Assembly (NCBI GenBank): GCA_964016885.1
Contig: OZ024745.1
Coordinates: 27,156,001-27,220,000, forward strand
Direction of reading: 5' to 3'
Source: Eledone cirrhosa
Taxonomy: Eukaryota
DNA: 64,000 bases
Part shown: piece by piece, positions 26,100-38,166 of the stretch
Layout: the number at the start of each line of letters is the position of its first letter
How positions within the stretch are numbered: position 1 is the first letter of the stretch
Made by a program: the position numbers and the translations under genes
The notes under the pieces: model-generated
What the model was told of the DNA's origin: nothing
The model's input: only the letters and a program-made list of their open reading frames with translations
Databases searched by the model: none

Positions 26100-26972
26100 T
26101 TGTTAGTTGTGGGGTGGGACAGTGAAAAGGAGGAGTGTGTTAGTGGGGGATGTGTGGGGGGGAAAGGTGGGCGGTCGAAGGCTAAAGGAATAGGGTGGGG
26201 AGTTCAAGTCGGGGTGTGTGTGTGGGTCTGTAGGGTGAAGATGGTGTGTTGTTTGACCATAACAGTACGCCAGGCGACGTCCAATCTGTCCGACGTAGGT
26301 TACGCTGCACTCCGTGCAGCGAAGTCCATATACTAGGTTGGAGGAGGTGCAGCGGAAGGCATGCCGGACAGAGAGAGTGGCTGTTGGGACCCTGGAAGGT
26401 GGTGGTGTTGGTGATGTGGGGGCAGGTGTGACAGCGAGGTCTGGAGCAGGGAAGGGAACCGGGGAGGGAGAAGAGCATGGGTTGGGGGGTAGGGAGCTGC
26501 GGACGAGGAGGGTAACCTCTCCGGATGATATGGCTGACTAGGGAAAGAGCCTGGGACTCAAATTAAGCATCTCGGCTGCAGAGACGGCGGACCCGGAGGA
26601 GTTGGGAGTAGGGAATAGAGTGTTTTGTGTGTGTAGGGTGGTAGGAGTGGGAGTCGGTGGCTTTGAAGAAAGCGAAGGTGAAGAGGGAGCGGTGGGAGGG
26701 GTCGATGGCGATGGAGATGTCTAAGAAGTGGACGTGGGTGGTGGTGAAGTGGAGGGAGGGGTGGAAGGAGCAGAAGAAGGAGAGAAAGGAGTCGAGCTGT
26801 TCTCGGGTGAGGGTCGTGGCTCCGATGCAGTCGTCGATGTAACGACCGTACAGTTCGGAGTCAAGAAAGGCGGAGATGAGTTCGGTGGGGTAATTGCAAG
26901 TGGAGACGATGGTCGTCCGGGTTTGTGGAGTTTGGGGAGGAAGTAGATAGTGGGGGTGCAGGGGGTGCGGAA
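26100..26972 (-). mobile_element. Deleted Penelope-like element (RT motif C, thumb and CCHH/GIY-YIG linker)
   Basis: PTIYFLPKLHKP, YGRYIDDCIG, VHFLDISI, HSIPYSQLLRVRRLCS and PCSRPRCHTCPHI across shifted frames. Confidence 0.85.
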
Positions 26973-27011
26973 CACACACACACACACACCCACATATACA
27001 TTTAATTAGTA

Positions 27012-27315
27012 AAGGTGCATGGCTTAGTGGTTAGAGTGTTGTGCTTGCAGTCGTGAGATTGTGAGTTTGATTCCTGGGCCGGGTGATACGTTATGACCTT
27101 GAGCAAGACACTTTATTTATGTTGCCCTAGTTTGCACAGTTGTAAAAATGAGTTGCGAAATCACAGGTGTCAAACTGTATCAGCCATTGCCTTTCCCTTG
27201 GACAACATCAGTCATGTGACGAAGGGGGGTCTGGTATGCATAGGCCACTGCTTGTCTTCCACAAACAACCCTGCCTCAGAGGGGAGCTTTTTAGTTGCAA
27301 ATCCCATGATCATTC
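27012..27315 (+). mobile_element. tRNA-derived CORE-like SINE
   Basis: TGGCTTAGTGG A box, GAGTTTGATTCC B box, CCTTGAGCAAGACACTTTAT central block. Confidence 0.75.
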
Positions 27316-27903
27316 GAAATAAGTTTTTATTATCAACAAATTAGCTTGTCTTTCAAAGAAAGAAAACATACACATTGGGCCCTATTCTACTACTTATATT
27401 TATAAGTATGTGCACTCATGTACATACAAGATCACACACACACACACACACATCATCATCATTTAATGTCTGTTCTCCCTGCTAGCAGATCATCACAAAG
27501 TCAGCACTCAATTGGAGCCACTGATCTCACGCTCTACAGCGTGCACCATGCATTTTATCATAACACCAACGATGGGGAGGTAATCTTATCTTTGATACAA
27601 CTGAAGAGACTTTTCTATGCTTTGGCAAGTTTTCTGTAAAAGGATGTCCTTCCTATCAAATCCTGCCCCCACACATATATATTTATATGCACCAATTTTC
27701 TTTTGCAGGCATTAGTCTTATACTGTCATATATTTTCTTATTTTAGAGTTCCATTACAGCAGCCCTCATAAGCCCTTCTTGTGGTAAGTTGGAAGTATAT
27801 CTACACCTGCAAACAGTCCCATGACGGAAGACAAGAAACTGAATCATAATAGATTTATTTTCATAGACAGTTCTTAGCTTTTAAGAAATCCTCAGCAATT
27901 AAT

Positions 27904-29259
27904 ATGGAGGATGTTAATCACTTTGAGACTTCTAATAAAACAGTTTTTAACAATATAGATTCAGTTACAGAGACATACTATGATGAGAAACCTTTATGTA
28001 GTGAAATATTTATGAAACAAATATCAGTGCACAGAAAAATTAATGAATATCGCTGTGACATCTGTAGGAAAACTTTCTCTTCAGATGATGAAGTCTTCAC
28101 ACACAAACAAAAACATGCTACAGAAAAGTGCTACCACTGTGGAATATGTGGAAAGTCTGTACTCTCTAAGAGTAGTTTAACCAGACATATTAAAATACAC
28201 ACTGGAGAAAAACCCTACCATTGTGAAATATGTGGGAAATGTTTCACTCTGAATTCTCATCTTACTATCCATGTGCGTGGACACACTGGGGAAAAAAACT
28301 ATCACTGTCAAATATGTGGAAAATCTTTTATCACTAAGAGTCACTTTAAAGCTCATACTATAATTCACACAGGAGAGAAATTTTTTTGTGATATTTGTGG
28401 AAAATCTTTTCACTATAACTGTAATTTAACAATACACAAAAGAATACACACTGGAGAAAAACCATTTCGGTGTGAAATATGTGGGCAATCTTTCATTGAA
28501 AATTCCAAGCTTAAAATCCATAAACGTAGTCACACTGGAGAAAAACCATATTACTGTGAAATATGTGGAAAATCTTTTGTTTCTAGCAGTTGTTTAAAAA
28601 AACATGAGCGTAGTCACACAGCTTCTCATGAACAGTTAAAAGCACGCAAAAAAATACATACTGGAGAAAAAATTTTTAAGAAATCTATTAACCGTAAGCC
28701 TACTTTAATGACACGAAAAAATATACACACAGGAGAAAAGCCATATTGTTGTGAAATATGTGGAAGATCTTTTGACCACAGTTCTACTTTAACCACCCAC
28801 AAAAGAATACACACTGGAGAAAAACCCTATCACTGTGAAATATGTGGGACATCTTTTACTCAAAGTTCTATGCTCACAGTCCACAGACGGAGTCACACTG
28901 GAGAAAAACCATATTTCTGTGAAATATGTGGAAAATCTTTTATGTCTAACACTAATTTAACAACACACATTAAAATACATACAGGAGAAAAACGCTATCT
29001 TTGTGAAGTTTGTGGGAAATCTTTTATTAATAATTCAGAAGTTGTTGTCCACAAACGAACACACACCGGAGAAAAACCCTATCACTGTGAAGACTGTGGA
29101 AAATCATTCACTGTTAAGTGCAGTCTTGTTGTTCACAGAAGAATGCATACTGGGGAGAGACCCTACCGCTGTGAAATATGTGGTAAATCTTTTGTCTCTA
29201 GCAGTTGTTTAACAAAACACAATAGAATACACAATAGTAAAGAAACTCCACCGCTATGA
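27904..29259 (+). CDS. C2H2 zinc-finger protein, 13 intact plus 2 degenerate fingers, no effector domain
   Basis: Intact 451-aa ORF with TGEKPY linkers; candidate upstream splice acceptors at 27708 and 27746. Confidence 0.92.
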   Translation: MEDVNHFETSNKTVFNNIDSVTETYYDEKPLCSEIFMKQISVHRKINEYRCDICRKTFSSDDEVFTHKQKHATEKCYHCGICGKSVLSKSSLTRHIKIHTGEKPYHCEICGKCFTLNSHLTIHVRGHTGEKNYHCQICGKSFITKSHFKAHTIIHTGEKFFCDICGKSFHYNCNLTIHKRIHTGEKPFRCEICGQSFIENSKLKIHKRSHTGEKPYYCEICGKSFVSSSCLKKHERSHTASHEQLKARKKIHTGEKIFKKSINRKPTLMTRKNIHTGEKPYCCEICGRSFDHSSTLTTHKRIHTGEKPYHCEICGTSFTQSSMLTVHRRSHTGEKPYFCEICGKSFMSNTNLTTHIKIHTGEKRYLCEVCGKSFINNSEVVVHKRTHTGEKPYHCEDCGKSFTVKCSLVVHRRMHTGERPYRCEICGKSFVSSSCLTKHNRIHNSKETPPL

Positions 29260-29527
29260 ACTATGTGGAAAAATGTTTGTCTACCAATTGTCTAACAAAA
29301 CACACTAGTATACACATCAACAGTTCCATGTTGGCATGGGTTGAATGGGACTTTTTAAGACAGTGTTTTACAGCTGGATGCTCTTCATGATAATAACCCT
29401 TTTATTCACCTCTTATAATATGCTGGGCCTATTTTAAACCAGATACATACAATCTCATTAATCATTACTAGCTGACACTGTGGTAATTCCACAGGTTAAT
29501 TAGAAACAACCACAAAGTGTTAAAGAT

Positions 29528-29561
<34 letters not shown>

Positions 29562-29562
<1 letters not shown>

Positions 29563-29760
29563 ACAAATTTAATATAGAAATGGCTTCTACAGGACTGGAA
29601 TTGTTTCATTCAAAGGAAATCATCATGATGAGGTTTTTCTTCGAATGAATCAGTTCTAGTCCTGTAGAAGCCATTTCTATATTAAATGTTGTTTACACTC
29701 TACTAATGTATTTAGTACTATACTTAATGTGGTTACTCCCAATTGAACCGGTACTCACAC
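29562..29760. repeat. Palindrome (29562-29690) of two head-to-head degenerate hammerhead/pLTR copies plus pLTR tail
   Basis: AATATAGAAATGGCTTCTACAGGACT...AGTCCTGTAGAAGCCATTTCTATATT; same family as 57390-57580. Confidence 0.75.
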
Positions 29761-29789
29761 ACACACATATATCTATAGCTATATCTATA

Positions 29790-30330
29790 TATCATCATCA
29801 TCATCATCATCGTTTAACGTCCATGTTCCACGCTTGCATGGGTTTGGACGGGAGTTTTCCCACTTGAGGCAAGAGTGGTTGTCTTGCTCGCATAGGACTG
29901 TCTGGCGGGTTTTCTACAGCTGGATGCCCTTTCTAACACCAACCACATTTACAGTGTGGGACTGGAAGGTTTTTACCGTGTTGCCTACACGGCCACATTA
30001 CAGCGTGGACTGTGTTTTTTTGTCGTGACACCTACACGATCTCATTTGTTTTGGCCTGGATGGTGTGGCACCAACATAACTTTACATTGAAAGGGGCGGT
30101 GTGGATGGGATGGGGGTGGTGGGACGGGGGTGTATTTTGTTAGAGATGCCTACTGACTGTAGTAGGTTTTACTTTGTATTTAGGTAAGGTGGGTCTTCTC
30201 TATTACTGAGTACTGCCAAAGATCTCGGTCCAGTGACATTGTCTTGGAGAGGTGTAAGTGTGTGAGGTCGGAATTTATCAGGTCGTCCCAGGTTTTTCTG
30301 GGTCTGCCTACTCCGTGGCTACCGTCTATC
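29790..30330 (-). mobile_element. RTE-tailed SINE (29790-30030) and RTE LINE 3' fragment (30180-30330)
   Basis: (GAT)n tail and AGAAAGGGCATCCAGCTGTAGAAA block; GRPRKTWDDLI..DRDLW motif. Confidence 0.7.
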
Positions 30331-30440
30331 TTTATATATATATATATAAAAGCACCCCCGTCCATGCTGTAAAGTGGTGTTGGTGTTAATGCCAAAAATT
30401 ATGAGCACAACAAATTATGATGATATATATAATTATATAT

Positions 30441-30781
30441 GGAGGCACATGGCTTAGTGGTTAGAGCATTGGCCTTGCAATCGAAAGGTTGTGAGTTCAA
30501 TTCTCAGACCGGGTGATGTGTTGTTTCCTTGAGCAAGACACTTTATTTCACATTGCTCCAGTTTACTCAGCTGTAGAAATGAGATGATAGGGACTGGGGT
30601 CCATATCATTCCACTGCAAAGTGGTCGTGGAGGTGCCACGGCAAAAAAGCACCCAGCACTCACTGTAAATGAGGTTGGTGTTAGGAAGGGCATCCAGCTG
30701 TAGAAATCAAGCCAGAATCAGTTCCCATCCCACCCTTGCAAGCAGGGAAAAAGCGGACGTAAAATGAAATGATGATGATGA
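30441..30781 (+). mobile_element. Full-length tRNA-CORE SINE with RTE-derived 3' tail
   Basis: A and B boxes, CORE-like block, tail CCCACCCTTGCAAGCAGGGAAAA..(GAT)n; near-identical copy at 63033-63364 (-). Confidence 0.85.
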
Positions 30782-32264
30782 GTAAAATGACAGGAGGCTG
30801 GACTGGTGAAATTCCTTAAAGATTTATTACAAACACTATGCACATTTCAATGACCGGGTTCTGTAGAAACCACCAACAAGATTCAACATAAACGAAGATG
30901 GGTGAGTTGCATTACGTCGAGTCCTTTTCCTAATATTACATCACGGTTGACTATACGGAATGACCAGTTCTATCCAGTGGTGAACCAACAAACCTAAATA
31001 TATATATATATATATATAAAACCAAAGATTAATATGGTTCGTTGATTATTCAACGAATACAATTTTACAATAGATTAGAAGCACTCAACAGCAATTTTCC
31101 TGGAGTATTTAATATTATTCAAAATATTAATAAATGAAAAATATTCTCATAATCAAAATCAAAATATATATTTTATTATACATAAACACCATTGTCCCTT
31201 TGAAATATGTATAATAAAATATATATTTTGATTATGATAATATTTTGAATAATATTAAATACTCCAGGAAAATACTTTGTTGAGTGCTTCTAATCTATTG
31301 TAAAATTGTATTCGTTGAATAATCAACGAACCATATTAATCTTTGGTCATACTTTGCTCCCCGAAGATAGAGTGCTTCTTCTACAATAGATTCTGGTATA
31401 TCCCTTAAGGATATACCACTACCATAAAATGATGAATATATGAGACAGCTTATTGAGAAATCGAACTCTTTCATAAGAAGACTGCGGTGGCGTGCTTTCC
31501 ACTTCGAAAACAAGGAAAAAATTGATAAGAAAAACATCAATCATAATTTTTATCTTATTTTTAGATCTAGAAAAAACTCCTGGCTAATTTTGAAAATGAA
31601 ATTATAAATATAATAAGGAACATTAAATTTTTTAAAAACCCATATAGAGGCCAGGAATACCTCAGAGGCCAAAAAGATAAAATTGTTGACATGCAAAAAG
31701 CAAATAAGATATTAGTTAAATCGGATAAAACGAATAACCTATATGGGATGGAAAGAGTAAAATACAATAATTTAATTTTAAAAGAACAGGAAAAACTATA
31801 AAAAGGCTTCAAGCAGGGATTTATTGAACATAAATAAGGAGGCATACAAAATTATCACCAACCTAGGAATTGAGCGTAAAACAGAACCTTTCATACCAAA
31901 ACAGCCACAGATTAATATGAAAGACCATAAAAAAAACTTTGAGGAGGATTTACCAGTTAGACTCATAGCACCTAAATCCGATTTAGGAATCATTAGCAAG
32001 AATATAATAGATAGGGTTATACCAACACTTAAATTGAAATCACAGCTAAATCTATGGGAAGGCACAAGTGAAGTTATAGATTGGTTCAAAAATTTTAAAC
32101 GTAAAAATAATTATAAGTTTATTCAAATGGATATAGCCAGTTATTATTCCTCGATAACTCCCAATCTATTAAATAAGGTGTTACCATATGCATACAAACA
32201 CGCAGACCTATCTAGTGAGGTGATAAATATTATATTAACAGCAAGGCGAACCTTGATTGATTCT

Positions 32265-32449
32265 AATAATTGTTTCTACGTTAGGCACAAGGCCAGCAAA
32301 TACCCAGTGCATTACTGGTACTTTATTTTATCGACCCCGTAAGGATGAAAGGCAAAGTCAACCTCGGCGGGATTTGAACTCAGATCGTAAAGGGACGTAA
32401 CTATGCTGGAAAGCATGGCGTCTGACCCTCTACCGATACTGCCAATCCA
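32265..32449 (-). mobile_element. Meta/MESC-like SINE nested in the Penelope RT
   Basis: 15-bp TSD ATTGATTCTAATAAT; removing the SINE restores TLIDSNN-DLWTRADRPKNFDITMGS. Confidence 0.92.
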
Positions 32450-33621
32450 TTGATTCTAATAATGATCTTTGGACTAGGGCTGATAGACCGAAGAATTTTG
32501 ACATTACGATGGGTTCTTCGGACTCAGCTCAGGTTACGGATCTAGTTTTTTATCCTTAACATGATAAATAGAAAATTGCCGGAGATTACCGGAGGTTTAT
32601 ATAGGGACGACATACTATTTATTGTAGAAAAACATAACTGGTGAATTAAGTAGAGTAAAGAAAGCAATTATAGAATTTTTTTAAAATTATGACCTGAAAT
32701 TAGAAATAGAAAATAATAATAAAATAGTTTATTACCCTTTCCACAAAGTCAATGAGAACTTAAATTATGTTAGTTTTTATTCTAATCATCCTAAAAGTGT
32801 TAAGAATGCAATAGTCAACAGTGTACAACAACGAATATCCAGGCTCTCTGCTAATAGATCCATATTTAATAGTAAGGCTATATATTATAATGAAGCGTTA
32901 CATAAAACTGGATATAACAATAACATTGAGTATATAGATAATAATACTGAAATCCATCAAAATAAAATTAATTATAATCATAATAAAAATGAATATAAAA
33001 ACAACTGGATGAGTAAATCGAAGAAAAAAGTAAGAACTAGATCTATAATTTGGTATGCACCGCCAGCATCTTTAGCTATTAAGACACCTGTAGCACATTT
33101 ATTTTGTAAAGCTTTGGATAAATGCTTCCCTAGATCTCATAAATATTACCCTATCTTCAATAGACACACAGTTAAACTCTCTTACTCAACTACTATGAAT
33201 ATTGCTCAAAATATAGCAAAAATAAATAATAAGAATCTAAAATCAAACCAACCTCTAATAAGCAATAATAATAATAATAATAAAACTTTCCAGGCAATGT
33301 ACCAGTTCCAAAAAAAATAAGGACAAATAACAACTTAAATATATGTCAATTTTGCCGAATTGAAGTAATAATTTATATGTAATAGAATAACCTCATTGAG
33401 AGTTTTGTTATCCTATGATTTGATTAGGATAGTTCAATATTTAATTAGACATCAATTAGCATATATACAATAGATAGTTTAAGGTTCTTAAAATATCGCT
33501 GGACGTGAGAGAAGAGATTCCCTATAATTTAAAAAATGCTTTTAAATTGTAAATGATTTATATTCCTTTTGTTTACACTGACCTTAAATTTTTTTGATTA
33601 GCTTGAAAAAACAAAATAATA

Positions 33622-33812
33622 AATAATTGTTTCTACTTCAGGCACAAGGCCAGCAATTACCCAGTGCATTACTGGTACTTTATTTTATCGACCCCATAAG
33701 GATAAAAGGCAAAGTCAACCTCGGCGGGATTTGAACTCAGATCGTAAAGGGACATAACTATGCTGGAAAGCATGGCGTCCGACCCTCTACCGATACTGCC
33801 AATCCACCGCCC
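33622..33812 (-). mobile_element. Meta/MESC-like SINE with TSD
   Basis: TSD CAAAATAATAAATAAT on both flanks. Confidence 0.9.
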
Positions 33813-34728
33813 TCAAAATAATAAATAATGATTAATAGTTTAATATACATAGACTATCATTAAAAGGAAACTATATATATCAGAATAATTAAATACAGAA
33901 GTAAATATAACCATTCATTAAATGAAATTAAATTTATAGAGTAAATATAACCACAGTTGGATTCTAAGAAATAAATGAAAATTAAAAAATAACGAAGTTT
34001 CACAAAAAGTGAATTTTTAAATTTTAAATGAACGAAATATATTATATATATTGATGGGGATAATTGCATGTTATATTTTAATACATATTTAATAATTATT
34101 TAATTAGGCTTTAAAGATAAATTATTTTAAAGTTGTATAATATTAATAGAATATCTTACCTTATAATAAAAAATTATAATAATCTAGAATGAGCTAAATT
34201 AAATTAAATTAATTTAAACATAAATTTGTAATTAACTTAAATATTTGATTGCTATAGAAAGTAATCTATGCCTAATAATCTGGATACACTATAAACTTAT
34301 AATTAACTAAAGCATAATCCAATACAAGCGGTTTTCACTGATAAATATGAAAACATTTTTAATTTCTAACTTTGTCTAGCATTTGAATACAACGGTTTTT
34401 TTTATTCTCCCCTCTATTTTAGCCTTTCCTTTTCCTCTTCTTCACTTTTCTTTTTTCTCCCTGCATCTTCTCTTTCTTCTGTTTTTATTCCCCTTTTTTT
34501 CTCTTACATTTTTTTTCTTCTTTTATTCATTTGTTTATTTCCCTTCTTTTTCTTTGCATCTTCCATCTCAACTCCCCTTCTATATTTCTACCTTGCTCTA
34601 CGTCCTCTTCTTCTCTAAGTTTATCATATTATTTGTGGTATAAAAACATTGAGGGTTGGTGAAATAAATCACTGCCACTATTGGAACTGAATAATCAAAA
34701 CCATAGCGGTATGTCGCATATCAAATCT

Positions 34729-34795
34729 TATATTTTATCTGATGAAAACGTACTTAAACACCATTGTACCTTTGAAATATGTATAATAAAATATA
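34729..34795 (+). ncRNA. Type I hammerhead ribozyme in the 3' pLTR of the Penelope element
   Basis: TATATTTTAT-CTGATGA-AAACGTAC(loop)GTACCTTT-GAAA-TATGTA-TA-ATAAAATATA: 10-bp stem I, intact core, stem II with one mismatch, minimal stem III. Confidence 0.8.
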
Positions 34796-35036
34796 TATTT
34801 TGATTATGAGAATATTTTTCATTTAATATTTTGAATAATATTATATATATATAATAATAAATTAAAAGGCAATATGTTAGGATTTCACGACATTCTATTT
34901 ATCATGTAATCACTGTTATATGTGTTTCAATGGTATCTGTCATGTAATCCTCAGATATGATCACATCATAAACCTTAGGGATAAGATTGTATCTAAGGAT
35001 TACAAAATAACAGGGATAAGCTGTAGTTTGCAGTAG

Positions 35037-35300
35037 AGAAGACTGCGTTGGTATGGACATGTGATGCGCATGGAGGATGACCGCTGGGTAAAGAAATGCC
35101 AAGAAATCCCAGTAGAAGAAAAATGCAGTAGAGGAAGACCACGAAAATCATGGATGGAGGTGGGGAGAGCTGACCTCAGATCACTGAAGCTCACGGAGGA
35201 GATGATGAAGGACCGTGACGAATGGAGAGATGCTGTGCTGAATAGGACCCGTCCCACCCTTGCAAGCAGGGAAAAGCAGCTGTAAAATGATGATGATGAT
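35037..35300 (+). mobile_element. RTE LINE 3' end with (GAT)n tail
   Basis: RLRWYGHVMRMEDDRWVKKC..RGRPRKSW..DRDEWR; shorter copy at about 56897-57020. Confidence 0.85.
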
Positions 35301-37993
35301 ATATATATACACAAATAATATAATATAAACGATTACACACACTCTTACCGTCCTCTTTCCAGTGTGACTGAGGTTTTATACAAAATATATACCAACTGTG
35401 ATATAATAGATTTAGGAAACGGATAAAGTTTACATGAAATATATACCAGCTGTAATATCAGAGATTTAGTAAACATAGGGGTAAAAGTTTACATGAAATA
35501 TATACCAGCGTTGATATAATGTTTAAGAAACAGGAATAAAAGTTTACACATAAAATTTATAAAAAGTCATTCTTGTTCAAAAGTCCTGTTTAACTCAAGC
35601 AAATATAGAGAAAAGCATATTGAGTTGATTTGTTGAAAATGTGTAATAAAGACAAACAATAGAAATTTAAATAAGAATTTTATCAGTGAAATTTGCTGAA
35701 GAAATCATCTAAATTTATTTGTAAATAAATCTTATTTTAATAAAAAATCTTGACATTTGTTGATTTGTATTTTTTGGACAGTTCTAAATTATCTTTTTTT
35801 TTAAATTGCAAGATGGATAACAACCATTAGCTCAGTTGATCTTGTTTGGGGATCCAGCCAGATCAGTTGGAGATGGTTTCTTCTGAAAGGACCTGCTGGA
35901 AAGAGTGTTTTATGACACTGCCCCCATGAGCCTCTCGGGAATAAGTGAACAAAGAAGAAGAAAATTGATTTCCAAATATTTTTTAAACCATTTTGAAATT
36001 TATAATAAAATATTGTTGAATAAAAACTGCCTCTTCATATTTTAGATAAAGTGTCTCCTACATTTCAATACACCTGAGGCTAAAGTAGAAAATATTTCCC
36101 CAATCTTTTACAGTGAAACAAAACCTGAAACCACAGAGTTGTGAAACAAACCTGTTAGTCACACAGCTATGCTTACCTCTATTAATATTTTAGACAAACC
36201 TAAAGATAGCCTCAACCTGGAGATGAGCTCCACCAGGTTTTAAAATGCCCTAGAAACGTCATGCGACCCTATGACTCCCTCAGGCATTACAGGACCATGC
36301 ATTCAAAGATAGCCCATGGTAGTAGATTAGCAGAGTTGTTAGGACATCAGATAAAATGCTTTGAAGAATTCATTGCAGCTCCCTTCACTCAAGTTCAAAT
36401 CTTGTTGAGGTCAACTTAGCTTTTCATCCTTTTGAGGGTGATATAAAAAGTACCAGTCTAATACTAGGGCTGGTTCTTTCTCTATAACTCTTTCTCACTT
36501 TTCAACCACTCTCTCTCCTTCTCTGGAAGAGATTGGCTCTGTCCAAACCTGGAGAGATGGTCTCCACCAGGTTTTAAAATGATGCCCAAGAAATGCTGTG
36601 TGTCACTATGACACCCTTGCGACTCTACCATGGGTTGTGAGTCAAAAGAAAAGAAAGTCTCCCACATCTTGTTAGACCTGAGGGGGTGAGAGCTTGAATT
36701 TAGTGACAGTGGTCACATTGCTTCATTAATTTATCATTTAAAAATCTCAGTATTCTGTTGTCAGTTTGTCAACAGAGCATTAAAGTATCTCATTAATTTG
36801 TTGTTTTTATCCCATGGTCTTGTCTTAGAGCCTACTGTGTCACATTCTTGGCTGCTATTTTTATTTAATCCCGGGTCAGTTCTGATTGAGTAAACCTATA
36901 ATCACATATTCCAGTTGTGAAAATCTAATATTTTGTTTCTGTGTATCTAGGGCTACATTGCCCAATGTGTTCTTTTTTAAGATAAGAGTGTTAGTTGGCT
37001 GCTCTTTCTGGCAATTAACTAAAACATTTAATTTACTTTAAGTTGTTTGATGTGCCCTTCCTTTTTAAATATAGTAGAGTGTGATTTGGCTGCTGTTTCT
37101 ACCAAGTAACAAAAACATTCAATTTGTTTTGTTAAGTTTTTTGATCTGTATTCCCACATATGAGAAGAGGCATCTAGAAGTGTTAACACCAGGAAGGGTA
37201 TCTAACTTCTGGATAATTACACCTTAAAGATGCTTCAGGTTTAGCCCCCACTTCTCTGAAATGAGAGATCACAGCTCTGATACTACGGACATGTGATCAG
37301 AATGTCTAAGGAAAGAATCATTGGACATTGGATAGATTTTACAGGGCAAGATGGTTCAATAACATCCATGAGCCCGCTTGAGGATCTAATTGGAGACAGT
37401 TGCTTCTGACAAGATCCACTAAAAGGCATGCTTCAGAACTCTGCCCTCACAACCCTCTCAGGAACAAGTGGACGAAGAAGAAGATGACTCAAATCTTTTC
37501 ATCTTCAGTGAACATAACCCTGGTCAGGATGAATTGATGTCACTAGATGGTGTCCAATATTCATTGGGTGTATGGACCATGAACCATAACACCCTCATAT
37601 TTCCTCCTTCTGCTCCATAACCTCCCCCAACCTGTAATAATTCTCCATACAGATTGAACTGGAAATCCCCTACAGCTTACCTCAACTTTCTCCCTGCACA
37701 AGGTCTTGGTACTCAGGACTCATCCACTCAAAGGCTTAGCTGCATTCATCTCCCAATGGGACTGTCAGTTCAATCAAGATTCTTTTCAGAGCCACATTTG
37801 ACATCATGGTTGCCTGGATGATCTGGAGAAACTACAACCTTTTCCCAAGTTAACCATCATATCCTACGATTGGGCCATTTGTAGTAAACCATATGTTCTG
37901 AAGTAACTGGCTTGTCTCCGTCACTCTCACAAACATCACTAATAATGTTGTTTTCCTCTTTTTTTAACATTCCTTGTCTCACTTGATCCAAAG

Positions 37994-38166
37994 TACAAGT
38001 GTCAGCTGGAAAGTTCATAGGTTGACCAAGTTACTCTCATGGAATGACTAAATGATGTTTATTTTTCAACATAGTCCCTGGAAAGAAACAATGTGGTTAT
38101 TAATAGGAAGAGTTGAAATTAATGCATGTAAGATTTCACAGCATATGAACTTTTCAGCCAACCCTT
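37994..38166. mobile_element. Mariner-like MITE
   Basis: TIR and internal match to the family. Confidence 0.75.

Larger units (their letters stand above)
31021..34845 (+). mobile_element. Near full-length, frameshifted Penelope-like retroelement (YRDD-type RT) with 5' inverted pLTR and 3' pLTR
   Basis: Motifs SLKDIP..IRRLRWRAFHF, IVKSDKTNNLY, RLIAPKSDLGIISK, FIQMDIASYYSSI, FDITMGS, GLYRDD, SNHP, IIWYAPP..IFNRHTVKLSYS. 31184-31258 is repeated at 34756-34843. Confidence 0.88.

Noticed and set aside
30441-30515. Apparent tRNA genes at SINE heads (also 27012, 41834 and 43918)
   Set aside because: The cloverleafs are imperfect and run directly into SINE bodies; no genuine tRNA gene is supported in the window.
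30790-30995. Minus-strand GAAA-TGTGCA-TA motif with an AATAAA tail
   Set aside because: No upstream CUGANGA found; cannot be called a ribozyme.
31350-33320. Selenoprotein or read-through coding in the Penelope ORF
   Set aside because: The interruptions are frameshifts, TAA stops and a SINE insertion rather than in-frame TGA at Cys positions; I recognised no SECIS.
35810-37490. Short dispersed repeats (35810-35960 with 37350-37490; 36200-36290 with 36530-36630)
   Set aside because: They look like old LINE/SINE 3' scraps and are too degraded to classify or to support a specific claim.
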